From Gammaproteobacteria bacterium (GTDB lineage Bacteria; Pseudomonadota; Gammaproteobacteria; SZUA-229), in the NCBI GenBank assembly GCA_026197015.1, contig JAPHRB010000136.1:1-34753 (forward strand): 34,753 bases of DNA, in the 5' to 3' direction. Of this stretch, positions 1 through 8,499 are shown piece after piece. The notes under the pieces are model-generated. The model was not told the DNA's origin. It did not search any database and saw only the letters and a list, made by a program, of their open reading frames with translations. How positions within the stretch are numbered: position 1 is the stretch's first letter; each line of letters opens with the position of its first letter. The translations under genes and the position numbers were made by a program.

Positions 1-171
1 AATTACCAGAATTTCACGAATATTGGCGAGCATCAATGTCGTAAGTGGATAATAAATCATTGGTTTGTCAAAAATGGGTAGTAATTGTTTTGAAATAACC
101 TTTGTAGCTGGATACAATCTTGTCCCGGCTCCTCCTGCGAGTATAATGCCTTTTCTTTTTTTGTTGCTCAT
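1..171 (-). CDS. rfbA: glucose-1-phosphate thymidylyltransferase RfbA/RmlA, 5' part (runs off window start)
   Basis: Manual translation from ATG at 171 (alternative in-frame ATG at 183): [57 protein letters not shown], the RmlA N-terminal signature; directly downstream of rfbB. Confidence 0.95.
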   Translation of the reverse strand, partial: MSNKKRKGIILAGGAGTRLYPATKVISKQLLPIFDKPMIYYPLTTLMLANIREILVI

Positions 172-223
172 TAATGGATCCATCGGTTTAGATTGTTTAT
201 TAGTTGAAGTTAAGTGTAGTTAA

Positions 224-1288
224 CTATTTATAGTTTTTATGAATCCAGTTAAGGTAAGTGCCGCTAGTAATGTTGTTTACCCAGGATTCGTTGTTTAGAT
301 ACCATTGAACGGTTTTGCTTATTCCTGTTTCAAATGTTTCTTTAGGTTTCCAATTTAGCTCGTTTTCAATTTTTGATGCATTAATTGCGTAACGTCGATC
401 ATGTCCTGCGCGATCGTCAACAAAACTAATTAAAGAGTTATAGTCTTTAATTATTGGGTCTTTTGAAGGTTTTGAATAATTAAGAATGTCGCATACGGTG
501 TGAACTATTTCGAGATTTGTTTTTTCATTTAATCCACCAATGTTATAAACCTCGCCTGGATTGCCATCTTTCAGTACTCTTCTGATTGCACTGCAATGAT
601 CGCTAACATATAACCAGTCTCGAACTTGTAATCCGTCACCGTAGATTGGCAATGCTTTCAGGTTAATTGAATTGTGGATGATGAGCGGTATCAGTTTTTC
701 TGGGAACTGGTAGGGGCCATAATTATTTGAGCAATTTGTTGTAATTGCCGGGAAATCATATGTGTGAAAATAAGATCTTACCAGATGGTCGGATGAGGCT
801 TTACTAGCACTATATGGACTATTGGGTTCGTATTTGCTGTTTTCAGTAAAGGCAGCCGCGTTTTTATCAAGTGATCCATAGACTTCGTCTGTTGAAATAT
901 GAATAAAACGAAACTGTTCTTTTTTGTTAATCTCTAGTTTATCCCAGTAGTCGCGACATGACTCCAGTAAACGGAAAGTGCCGATAATATTGGTTGAAAT
1001 AAATTCTTCGGGATTGTGTATTGATCTGTCTACATGTGACTCAGCGGCAAAATTAATAATCGCTCGTGGTTGATGCTTTCGTAGAAGCTCTTTGATTTGG
1101 GCGGTATCTGTAATATCTCCCTTTATAAAATGATATAGTGGGTTATTGGTCAAAGAGCTTAGATTGTCAGGATTTCCCGCGTAGGTGAGTTTGTCAAAAT
1201 TAATAACCTGTTCATTAGATTGCTTTAACCAATCGATTATAAAGTTTGCACCTATGAAGCCAGCACCGCCAGTAACAAGTATCGTCAT
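224..1288 (-). CDS. rfbB: dTDP-glucose 4,6-dehydratase RfbB/RmlB
   Basis: GGAGFIG Rossmann motif, DKLTYAGN, AAESHVDRSI, STDEVYG, YSASK catalytic motif, GHDRRYA. Confidence 0.97.
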   Translation of the reverse strand: MTILVTGGAGFIGANFIIDWLKQSNEQVINFDKLTYAGNPDNLSSLTNNPLYHFIKGDITDTAQIKELLRKHQPRAIINFAAESHVDRSIHNPEEFISTNIIGTFRLLESCRDYWDKLEINKKEQFRFIHISTDEVYGSLDKNAAAFTENSKYEPNSPYSASKASSDHLVRSYFHTYDFPAITTNCSNNYGPYQFPEKLIPLIIHNSINLKALPIYGDGLQVRDWLYVSDHCSAIRRVLKDGNPGEVYNIGGLNEKTNLEIVHTVCDILNYSKPSKDPIIKDYNSLISFVDDRAGHDRRYAINASKIENELNWKPKETFETGISKTVQWYLNNESWVNNITSGTYLNWIHKNYK

Positions 1289-1468
1289 AACGATATATTA
1301 ACCCAAGGGGAATAAGTTTGGGAGATGTTTCAAGGGATGTGTTGTGACTTTATATCATAGAGTGATAATTTATAAAGAGTGGCGATTTATTGGAAGCTGT
1401 AAAGGTTTGAAAAATAATATAGATATTTACTTTTTGTGAAGTCAATAAACTGGAAGGTAATTTAAAAA

Positions 1469-2089
1469 ATGGCTAGAAGCAAATCAAGCGGCAACTGGTT
1501 AAAAGAGCATTTTGATGATGAGTTTGTCAAACAATCTCAAAAAGACGGATATCGTTCGCGAGCTGTTTATAAACTCAAAGAAATCGATGAGAAAGACTAT
1601 TTGTTGAAACCCGGCAGTATTGTTATTGATCTGGGGGCGGCCCCCGGTAGCTGGTGTGAGTATGTTGTGCGTAAACTTAAAGGCAAGGGGCGTATAATTG
1701 CTCTGGACATACTGCCTATGGAGCCTATGGAGGGGGTAGAGATTATAACTGGTGATTTTCTCGAGGATGAGGTGTTTAGTGAATTATTAAATACTTTAGG
1801 ATCTGACAGGCCAGACCTTGTAATTTGCGATATGGCCCCCAATATGAGTGGACAACAGGCTGTAGATATACCAAGAGCCATGTATATGGCAGAGCTTGCC
1901 CTGGATTTATCTCAACAGGTTTTGAAACCCGGAGGGGGATTACTTGTCAAACTGTTTCAGGGTGAGGGTTTCGATGCTTATATCAAACAGATGCGAGAGC
2001 GGTTTAGTCGTGTAGTTATGCGAAAACCAAAAGCTTCCAGACCAAGAAGTAAGGAAGTTTATGGTTTGGCGACAGGATTTAAGGCTTAA
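1469..2089 (+). CDS. rlmE: 23S rRNA Um2552 2'-O-methyltransferase RlmE (FtsJ/RrmJ)
   Basis: [33 protein letters not shown] motifs; precedes ftsH. Confidence 0.97.
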   Translation: MARSKSSGNWLKEHFDDEFVKQSQKDGYRSRAVYKLKEIDEKDYLLKPGSIVIDLGAAPGSWCEYVVRKLKGKGRIIALDILPMEPMEGVEIITGDFLEDEVFSELLNTLGSDRPDLVICDMAPNMSGQQAVDIPRAMYMAELALDLSQQVLKPGGGLLVKLFQGEGFDAYIKQMRERFSRVVMRKPKASRPRSKEVYGLATGFKA

Positions 2090-2201
2090 TGTAAGACTGT
2101 TTTCGATCGTCACAATTAGAAGGTCAGGGCTATTTGAGCTGGCTTTTAAGCTGTCTGTGTAGTACTTTTATATTAATGTTTAATCTAACCGAGGTGTTGT
2201 C

Positions 2202-4136
2202 TTGAACGACCTGGTCAAAAATCTGATTTTATGGGGTGTGATTGCCCTTATTTTGCTGTCTGTTTTCAGTAATTTCTCCCAACGTGCTAATAAAGAAGCC
2301 GAATTTTCCTATTCTGAATTCATTGCCGATGTTAAAAATGGCAATGTCGCTGAAGTTGATATTGCAGGTCGTAAAATCACGGGTAAAACCCGCGATCTTA
2401 AGTCGTTTACAACTTATAGCCCTGAAACTGACAATCGTTCGATGATTGGTGATTTGCTTGAAAACAACGTCAAAATTGTTGCTAAAGAGCCAGAACAGCC
2501 TTCATTGTTAATGAATATTTTTATTTCATGGTTCCCGTTCCTGTTGTTAATTGGTATCTGGATATTTTTTATGCGTCAGATGCAAGGCGGCGCCGGTGGC
2601 CGTGGTGCAATGTCATTTGGTAAGAGCAAAGCCCGTATGTTGGGCGAAGAAGAAATAAAAACCACATTTGCAGATGTTGCAGGTGTTGAAGAGGCTAAAG
2701 AAGAAGTGGGTGAACTGGTTGAGTTCCTGCGCGATCCGGGTAAATTCCAGAAACTCGGCGGGCAAATACCACGAGGTGTTTTGATGGTAGGTTCTCCTGG
2801 TACGGGTAAAACATTACTGGCAAAAGCTATCGCTGGTGAAGCTAAGGTGCCATTTTTTACTATTTCCGGTTCAGACTTCGTTGAAATGTTTGTAGGTGTT
2901 GGTGCTTCACGTGTGCGAGATATGTTTGAACAGGCGAAAAAACATGCACCCTGCATTATCTTTATTGATGAAATTGATGCGGTAGGTCGGCATCGTGGAG
3001 CCGGTGTAGGTGGTGGTCACGATGAGCGCGAGCAAACATTAAACCAGTTGTTGGTTGAAATGGATGGTTTTGAAGGTAGTGAAGGCGTCATCGTTATTGC
3101 TGCAACTAACCGCCCTGATGTCCTTGACCCTGCGTTATTGCGCCCGGGACGGTTTGACCGTCAGGTTGTAGTGCCGTTGCCAGATGTGCGCGGTCGTGAG
3201 CAGATACTTAAAGTTCATATGCGAAAAGTACCCGCATCAGATGATGTGAAAGCATCTCTAATTGCACGTGGTACACCCGGTTTCTCTGGTGCTGATCTGG
3301 CGAATCTGGTTAATGAGGCGGCATTATTTGCTGCTCGAGAAAACGCCAAAGAAGTATATATGGATCACTTTGAGCGAGCTAAAGACAAAATCATGATGGG
3401 CGCTGAGCGTAAATCTATGGTTATGTCTGAAGACGAGAAGAAGTTGACGGCATACCATGAAGCGGGTCATGCAATAGTAGGGCGTCTGGTTCCGGATCAT
3501 GACCCTGTTTATAAGGTTAGTATTATCCCTCGTGGCCGTGCATTAGGTGTGACAATGTTTTTGCCAACTGAAGATCGCTACAGTTATAGTAAACGCCGAC
3601 TGGAGAGTCAGATCTCCAGTTTGTTTGGTGGCCGTCTCGCTGAAGAAATTATATTTGGTCATGATAATGTGACAACAGGCGCTTCAAACGATATTGAGAG
3701 AGCAACAGATATAGCGCGTAATATGGTTACCAAATGGGGACTTTCTGAAAAAATGGGGCCATTAGCTTATTCTGAAGATGAGGGTGAAGTTTTTCTGGGT
3801 CGCTCTGTAACCCAGCATAAAAACCTGGCAGATGATACGGCTCGCGTGATTGATGAAGAAATACGTGACTTTATAGATAGAAACTATAAACGTGCTGAAG
3901 ATATACTTAACGAGAATCTGGATATTTTGCATTCGATGTCAGATGCCTTAATGAAGTATGAAACTATCGATACAGCTCAAATTGATCAGTTAATGGCGCG
4001 TGAAAAAGTTAGTCCGCCAAAAGACTGGAGTGATAATGATAATAATTCAGGTGCTTCATCGTCTTCAACTAAGGAAGAATCTAAAAAAGAAGACAAAGGC
4101 GACGGCTCTATTGGTGGCCCTGCAAGTCTCCACTAG
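2202..4136 (+). CDS. ftsH: ATP-dependent zinc metalloprotease FtsH
   Basis: TTG start after GAGGT; two TM segments, Walker A GSPGTGKT, Walker [34 protein letters not shown] zinc motif. Confidence 0.98.
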   Translation: MNDLVKNLILWGVIALILLSVFSNFSQRANKEAEFSYSEFIADVKNGNVAEVDIAGRKITGKTRDLKSFTTYSPETDNRSMIGDLLENNVKIVAKEPEQPSLLMNIFISWFPFLLLIGIWIFFMRQMQGGAGGRGAMSFGKSKARMLGEEEIKTTFADVAGVEEAKEEVGELVEFLRDPGKFQKLGGQIPRGVLMVGSPGTGKTLLAKAIAGEAKVPFFTISGSDFVEMFVGVGASRVRDMFEQAKKHAPCIIFIDEIDAVGRHRGAGVGGGHDEREQTLNQLLVEMDGFEGSEGVIVIAATNRPDVLDPALLRPGRFDRQVVVPLPDVRGREQILKVHMRKVPASDDVKASLIARGTPGFSGADLANLVNEAALFAARENAKEVYMDHFERAKDKIMMGAERKSMVMSEDEKKLTAYHEAGHAIVGRLVPDHDPVYKVSIIPRGRALGVTMFLPTEDRYSYSKRRLESQISSLFGGRLAEEIIFGHDNVTTGASNDIERATDIARNMVTKWGLSEKMGPLAYSEDEGEVFLGRSVTQHKNLADDTARVIDEEIRDFIDRNYKRAEDILNENLDILHSMSDALMKYETIDTAQIDQLMAREKVSPPKDWSDNDNNSGASSSSTKEESKKEDKGDGSIGGPASLH

Positions 4137-4157
4137 TTGATATTGTTTAATTTAGAG

Positions 4158-4189
4158 AAGGGGTGCCTCTGTAGGGTGCCCTTTTTTTT
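4158..4189 (+). terminator. intrinsic terminator after ftsH
   Basis: GGGTGCCT-ctgta-GGGTGCCC stem (with G-U pairs) followed by T8. Confidence 0.7.
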
Positions 4190-4476
4190 GTGGTAACTAA
4201 AAGCCCTGCTTTTCAGTGTGTCCATAGGCGTTGGAAAAATATTGCTTTTAAATATTATTCATGTGAAAAAACATTTATGTCTGAAGTTTTAAATGTGACA
4301 TGGTTTTTGTAAATTATATGGATTGTAGAGAGATAATTTAATACCCGTTAAGTTACTGGGTAATTGAACTCGGTAAAAAAGCAGGCGTTCCATATAACAG
4401 AAATATCTTTACCGGTGATTATTGTTTTGATGTTATTTTATTTAACGAAAAGTAAGAGTTAGATTTTTATAAAATC

Positions 4477-5301
4477 ATGAGTCATATTTTATCTTTGTGT
4501 GAAACTGGAAAGTCTGTAGTTATGGGTATATTAAATACCACTCCAGATTCGTTTTCAGACGGTGGTCAGTTTGTAGCTGTCGAGTCTGCATTGGCACAAG
4601 CTTTGAAAATGCAGCGTGAAGGTGCTGATATAATTGATGTGGGAGGGGAGTCAACTCGCCCTGGCGCAAAAAGCGTTTCTACAGCTGATGAGATTAATCG
4701 CGTTATTCCTGTAATTAAGGCAATTCGTAAACAAAGCGATGTGCTTGTTTCAATTGACACCAGTAAAGCGGAAGTCATGAGAGAAGCCGTAGAAGCCGGT
4801 GCAAATATTATAAACGATGTAAATGCTTTACGTGCGCAAGGCGCATTAGATGTCTGTGCTCAATTGGCTGTTCCTGTTTGTATAATGCATATGCAGGGTG
4901 AACCGAGAACCATGCAGGCTAAACCAGTATACGATGATGTGGTTGATGATATAAAGCAGTTTTTCGAGTTGCGAATTGAAGCGTGTATTAAAGCCGGAAT
5001 TAAAAGGCAGAATATAATATTAGACCCGGGTTTTGGTTTTGGTAAAACGTTAGAGCATAATTTGCAACTTTTAAAAAGACTGGGTGAATTTCAGGTGTTT
5101 GAATTACCTGTTCTGGTCGGTTTGTCTCGTAAAAGCATGTTAGGTAAAATTTTGAATGAGTCAGCAGCAGGTAATCGGCTGTATGCCAGTGTTGCGGCAG
5201 CGGTTCTGGCTAGTGTAAATGGAGCGAGTTTGTTTCGAGTGCACGATGTTAAAGCAACAGTGGACGCGTTAAAAGTTTGTGATGCTTTGAATGGTATGTA
5301 A
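4477..5301 (+). CDS. folP: dihydropteroate synthase
   Basis: MGILNTTPDSFSDGG, IDVGGESTRPGA, DPGFGFGK, SRKS, RVHDV motifs. Confidence 0.97.
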   Translation: MSHILSLCETGKSVVMGILNTTPDSFSDGGQFVAVESALAQALKMQREGADIIDVGGESTRPGAKSVSTADEINRVIPVIKAIRKQSDVLVSIDTSKAEVMREAVEAGANIINDVNALRAQGALDVCAQLAVPVCIMHMQGEPRTMQAKPVYDDVVDDIKQFFELRIEACIKAGIKRQNIILDPGFGFGKTLEHNLQLLKRLGEFQVFELPVLVGLSRKSMLGKILNESAAGNRLYASVAAAVLASVNGASLFRVHDVKATVDALKVCDALNGM

Positions 5302-5398
5302 TTATATCGCTTGCTTGTCGGCTTGTTGCTTCATTTACGTCTATATTTAGCTAATGATGAGAGTCTGAATAACTAGAAAATAATTTATGGAAATTTGA

Positions 5399-6751
5399 AT
5401 GGCAAAAAAATATTTCGGAACTGACGGTATTCGTGGCCGTGTTGGTCAGGGGCAGATGACACCTCAGGCTGTTATGAAACTTGGTTGGTCAGTGGGTAAG
5501 GTGCTTGCAAGCCATGGTAATAGTCTTGTGGTCATAGGTAAAGATACACGTATATCGGGTTATATGTTTGAAGCTTCGCTTGAAGCAGGTTTATCAGCGG
5601 CAGGTGTTGATTCAAGAATACTTGGGCCAATGCCAACTCCGGGTATCGCTTATCTAACACGAACATTACGTGCTTCTGCCGGGATAGTGATTTCTGCCTC
5701 ACATAATCCGTTTTATGATAATGGTCTTAAGTTTTTCTCTGCAGAAGGCAGCAAATTACCAGATGAAATTGAAAATGAAATTGAAGAAATGTTTGAGCAG
5801 GAGATGGAAATAGTTGATTCAGCTGCCTTAGGCAAGGCTGAGCGTATCGAAGACGCGCAGGGGCGTTATATAGAAGCCTGTAAGGCAACTATTCCTATTG
5901 GAACATCTTTTACGGGCATTAAGGTGGTGTTAGATTGTGCAAATGGGGCAACCTATCACATTGCCCCTAATGTATTTGCTGAGCTTGGGGCAGAAGTGAT
6001 TACGATTGCTGATAAACCGAATGGAATCAATATTAATGAAAATTGTGGTTCTACTTATCCAAACACCTTAGCGGCCGCTGTGTTGCAAAATCGTGCTGAT
6101 ATCGGAATTGCTTTTGATGGTGATGGCGACCGCCTAATGATGGTTGATAGCAAGGGCCAGATTATAGATGGTGATGAGATACTTTATATTATTACCAAAG
6201 CCAGGCTTGCAGCCGGTGAGTCGCAGGGTGGTGTTGCGGGTACTATGATGAGTAACCTGGGGCTTGAACTAGCAATTAAACAGTTAGGCCTGGAATTTGT
6301 GCGTACAAACGTTGGAGACAGGTATGTAATGGAGTGCCTGAGGGATAAAGGCTGGTCTCTAGGGGGTGAAAACTCAGGACATATTATTTGTCTCGATAGA
6401 ACGACAACCGGAGATGGTATTGTTTCCGCGTTACAGGTAATGGCATATCTTGCTGATTCCGGTTTGACTTTATCCGAAGTTTTATCAGATATGACAATGA
6501 TGCCGCAAATACTCATAAATGTACCTTTGCCGATAAACACCAACCCTATAGGTGAGCCTAAGGTGAAACAGGCTGTTGAAGACGTTGAGAAGCAGTTAAA
6601 TGGCAGGGGGCGGGTATTATTACGTGCATCGGGGACAGAGCCATTGATAAGGGTTATGGTAGAAGGTGAAGAAGAAAAGCAGGTTACTGCATTTGCTCAG
6701 CAAATAGCAGATGCGGTATCGGCCTCAGTGGCTCATGCTAATCCGGCTTAG
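5399..6751 (+). CDS. glmM: phosphoglucosamine mutase
   Basis: [15 protein letters not shown] phosphoserine loop, DGDGDR metal loop, GENSGH, RASGTEP; folP-glmM synteny. Confidence 0.97.
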   Translation: MAKKYFGTDGIRGRVGQGQMTPQAVMKLGWSVGKVLASHGNSLVVIGKDTRISGYMFEASLEAGLSAAGVDSRILGPMPTPGIAYLTRTLRASAGIVISASHNPFYDNGLKFFSAEGSKLPDEIENEIEEMFEQEMEIVDSAALGKAERIEDAQGRYIEACKATIPIGTSFTGIKVVLDCANGATYHIAPNVFAELGAEVITIADKPNGININENCGSTYPNTLAAAVLQNRADIGIAFDGDGDRLMMVDSKGQIIDGDEILYIITKARLAAGESQGGVAGTMMSNLGLELAIKQLGLEFVRTNVGDRYVMECLRDKGWSLGGENSGHIICLDRTTTGDGIVSALQVMAYLADSGLTLSEVLSDMTMMPQILINVPLPINTNPIGEPKVKQAVEDVEKQLNGRGRVLLRASGTEPLIRVMVEGEEEKQVTAFAQQIADAVSASVAHANPA

Positions 6752-6773
6752 TTTGTAAATTACAAATCTTCGT

Positions 6774-6821
6774 AAAAGCGAGCCTTCCCCCCGAGCATTC
6801 CAATGCGAGGCTCGCTTTTTT
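6774..6821 (+). terminator. intrinsic, probably bidirectional, terminator after glmM
   Basis: 12-bp perfect inverted repeat AAAAGCGAGCCT / AGGCTCGCTTTT ending in T6. Confidence 0.75.
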
Positions 6822-6855
6822 GTGCATTTTTGACTCGTGAGAAATAACGAATGAC

Positions 6856-6884
6856 TTGCGACTTTCCTCATGCCCCATTAGAAT
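6856..6884 (+). promoter_or_regulatory. candidate sigma70 promoter for tpiA-secG
   Basis: TTGCGA-17 bp-TAGAAT followed by GC-rich ACGCCC, 37 nt upstream of the tpiA ATG. Confidence 0.55.
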
Positions 6885-6921
6885 ACGCCCATCATAAAAA
6901 AACACTAATATCGGAGTTAGT

Positions 6922-7674
6922 ATGCGTAAGCCAATGGTAGCCGGCAACTGGAAAATGAATGGTTCCTGTGAGTCTGTAAAAACACTTGTTGAAGGTATCA
7001 AAGAAGGCATGGGATTAGTTAATACTGCAGAAGTTGTGGTTTGCCCACCTGCTGTTTTTATCCCCCGTGTATCGGGCGCAGTTGATGGTACCGATATTAA
7101 AGTTGGATCACAAAATATTTGTGATGCAGATAAAGGCGCATTTACCGGTGAAATTTCTGGTGAAATGCTCAAAGAAATTGGTTGTGAATATGCAATTGTG
7201 GGTCACTCTGAGCGCCGTGCGCTGTATGGTGAAAATGACGAATTAGTTGCAAAACGCTTTGCAGCAGCCCGTCGAAATGGATTGAAGCCAATTTTTTGTA
7301 TTGGTGAAACACTTGAAGAACGTGAATCAGGTGTCACAAACGATGTTTGTTCTCGTCAAATAGATGCGGTTATCGCGCTAGAGGGTGTTGAGGCGCTTGC
7401 TGATGGCGTTATTGCGTATGAGCCTGTATGGGCAATAGGCACAGGAAAAACAGCTTCGCCTGAGCAGGCGCAGGAAGTACATGCATTTATTCGTGGCAAG
7501 ATAGCGGCTTTAAATGCTGATGTGGCTGCAGGGTTGCAAATTTTATACGGTGGCTCTATGAATGCAGGAAATGCAAAAGAGTTAATTGGTCAGCCTGATA
7601 TTGATGGTGGCCTAATCGGCGGTGCTTCTTTAACGCCTGCTGATTTTCTAGCAATCTGCCGGGCGGCGGGTTAA
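6922..7674 (+). CDS. tpiA: triosephosphate isomerase
   Basis: AGNWKMN, GHSERR, AYEPVWAIGTG, YGGS, GGASL motifs. Confidence 0.98.
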   Translation: MRKPMVAGNWKMNGSCESVKTLVEGIKEGMGLVNTAEVVVCPPAVFIPRVSGAVDGTDIKVGSQNICDADKGAFTGEISGEMLKEIGCEYAIVGHSERRALYGENDELVAKRFAAARRNGLKPIFCIGETLEERESGVTNDVCSRQIDAVIALEGVEALADGVIAYEPVWAIGTGKTASPEQAQEVHAFIRGKIAALNADVAAGLQILYGGSMNAGNAKELIGQPDIDGGLIGGASLTPADFLAICRAAG

Positions 7675-7687
7675 GGGTAAATAATAA

Positions 7688-8116
7688 GTGATTTCTATTC
7701 TTCTTGTAATTCATGTTTTACTGTCGTTGACTATTATCGGCCTGATAATGCTGCAACGAGGTAAAGGTGCTGATGCTGGTGCCTCTTTAGGTGGCGGCGG
7801 TTCTTCGGGCTCGGTTTTTGGTGCTCGAGGTGCGGCGAACTTTTTAAGTCGTACAACAGCTATTTTAGCAGCGGCTTTCTTTACCACCAGTTTAGCGTTA
7901 GCGTATTTCTCATCTAATCTGCAGACCGCAAGCAGTGTTGAAAGTGGTTCAGTATTAGATCAGCCAGCAGTATTGCCCGCAACAGATATGCCGTTACCTT
8001 CTGAGGTGCCTGCAGCTGATATGCCAGCACCTGTAGAATCCGCACCAGGTGGCGATATACCCGCATCTGAATCATCAACTACTACCCCTGCTAGCGAAAT
8101 ACCCGCTGCAGAATAA
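7688..8116 (+). CDS. secG: preprotein translocase subunit SecG
   Basis: GTG start; TM-LQRGKGADAGASLGGG...FGARGAANFLSRTTA-TM; tpiA-secG-tRNA-Leu synteny. Confidence 0.95.
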   Translation: MISILLVIHVLLSLTIIGLIMLQRGKGADAGASLGGGGSSGSVFGARGAANFLSRTTAILAAAFFTTSLALAYFSSNLQTASSVESGSVLDQPAVLPATDMPLPSEVPAADMPAPVESAPGGDIPASESSTTTPASEIPAAE

Positions 8117-8123
8117 TAGTTTT

Positions 8124-8189
8124 ATCGCGACTTTCAGGTTTGTTCCTACAGTTAAACCTCAAATGTAGGAGTGCTCTTAGAGTCGCGTT
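8124..8189. repeat. degenerate GTAG-type REP doublet (GTAG ends facing inward), possibly acting as the secG terminator
   Basis: Minus-strand TGTAGGAACAAACCTGAAAGTCGCGAT (8150-8124) and plus-strand TGTAGGAGTGCTCTTAGAGTCGCGTT (8164-8189) share TGTAGGA...AGTCGCG; followed by TTTTTGTTT. Confidence 0.5.
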
Positions 8190-8224
8190 TTTGTTTCTAT
8201 ATTAAAAAGGGGTGTTGTGGGTGA

Positions 8225-8331
8225 GTTGCGACCGATTGCACTCAATGTGCAATCGCAGCGCGACGAACGCGCAACAGGAAGTTGCGCCGGGCATGCTCAA
8301 AGCGCAGAGAGGACAGGAGTCCGAACGCCCG
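8225..8331 (+). ncRNA. putative structured RNA upstream of tRNA-Leu with AGGA-loop hairpins
   Basis: Perfect hairpins CGATTGCAC/GTGCAATCG, GCGCAAC-AGGAA-GTTGCGC and GGAC-AGGA-GTCC, the last enclosed by CGGGC/GCCCG; GC-rich island in an AT-rich spacer. Confidence 0.4.
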
Positions 8332-8355
8332 TGAAGATAGTTAAGTATAAAACAC

Positions 8356-8441
8356 GCCGATGTGGTGAAATTGGTAGACACGCTACCTTGAGGGGGTAGT
8401 GAGCCTTGCTCGTGCTGGTTCGACTCCAGTCATCGGCACCA
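8356..8441 (+). tRNA. tRNA-Leu(GAG)
   Basis: GCCGATG/CATCGGC acceptor stem, D loop AATTGGTAGA, anticodon arm CTACC-TTGAGGG-GGTAG, long variable arm GAGC-CTT-GCTC, GGTTCGACTCC T arm, encoded CCA. Confidence 0.97.
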
Positions 8442-8450
8442 TTTTAAGTT

Positions 8451-8484
8451 ATTCCTGATGAGTTATATTTTTAACCATCAGGAA
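8451..8484. terminator. hairpin between convergent tRNA-Leu and chemoreceptor gene
   Basis: 9-bp perfect inverted repeat TTCCTGATG / CATCAGGAA with AT-rich flanks. Confidence 0.5.
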
Positions 8485-8499
8485 TTAAATAAACTTAAG

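Noticed and set aside
4205-4385. 9-bp inverted repeat CCTGCTTTT / AAAAGCAGG bracketing the AT-rich ftsH-folP spacer, considered as a MITE
   Set aside because: Short, partly homopolymeric, with no target duplication and no second copy in the window; compatible with chance
6855-6880. Sigma32-like CCCCAT upstream of tpiA
   Set aside because: The matching -35 (CTTGAA) is poor, and an overlapping sigma70 promoter with 17-bp spacing explains the region better
6738-7172. 144-aa minus-strand ORF, and the other 60-126-aa ORFs nested in or antisense to core genes
   Set aside because: Shadow ORFs of conserved housekeeping genes, with no motifs and no independent expression signals
8217-8399. 60-aa ORF upstream of and overlapping tRNA-Leu
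   Set aside because: It runs into the tRNA gene and spans hairpin-rich sequence better explained as structured RNA; no recognisable protein features
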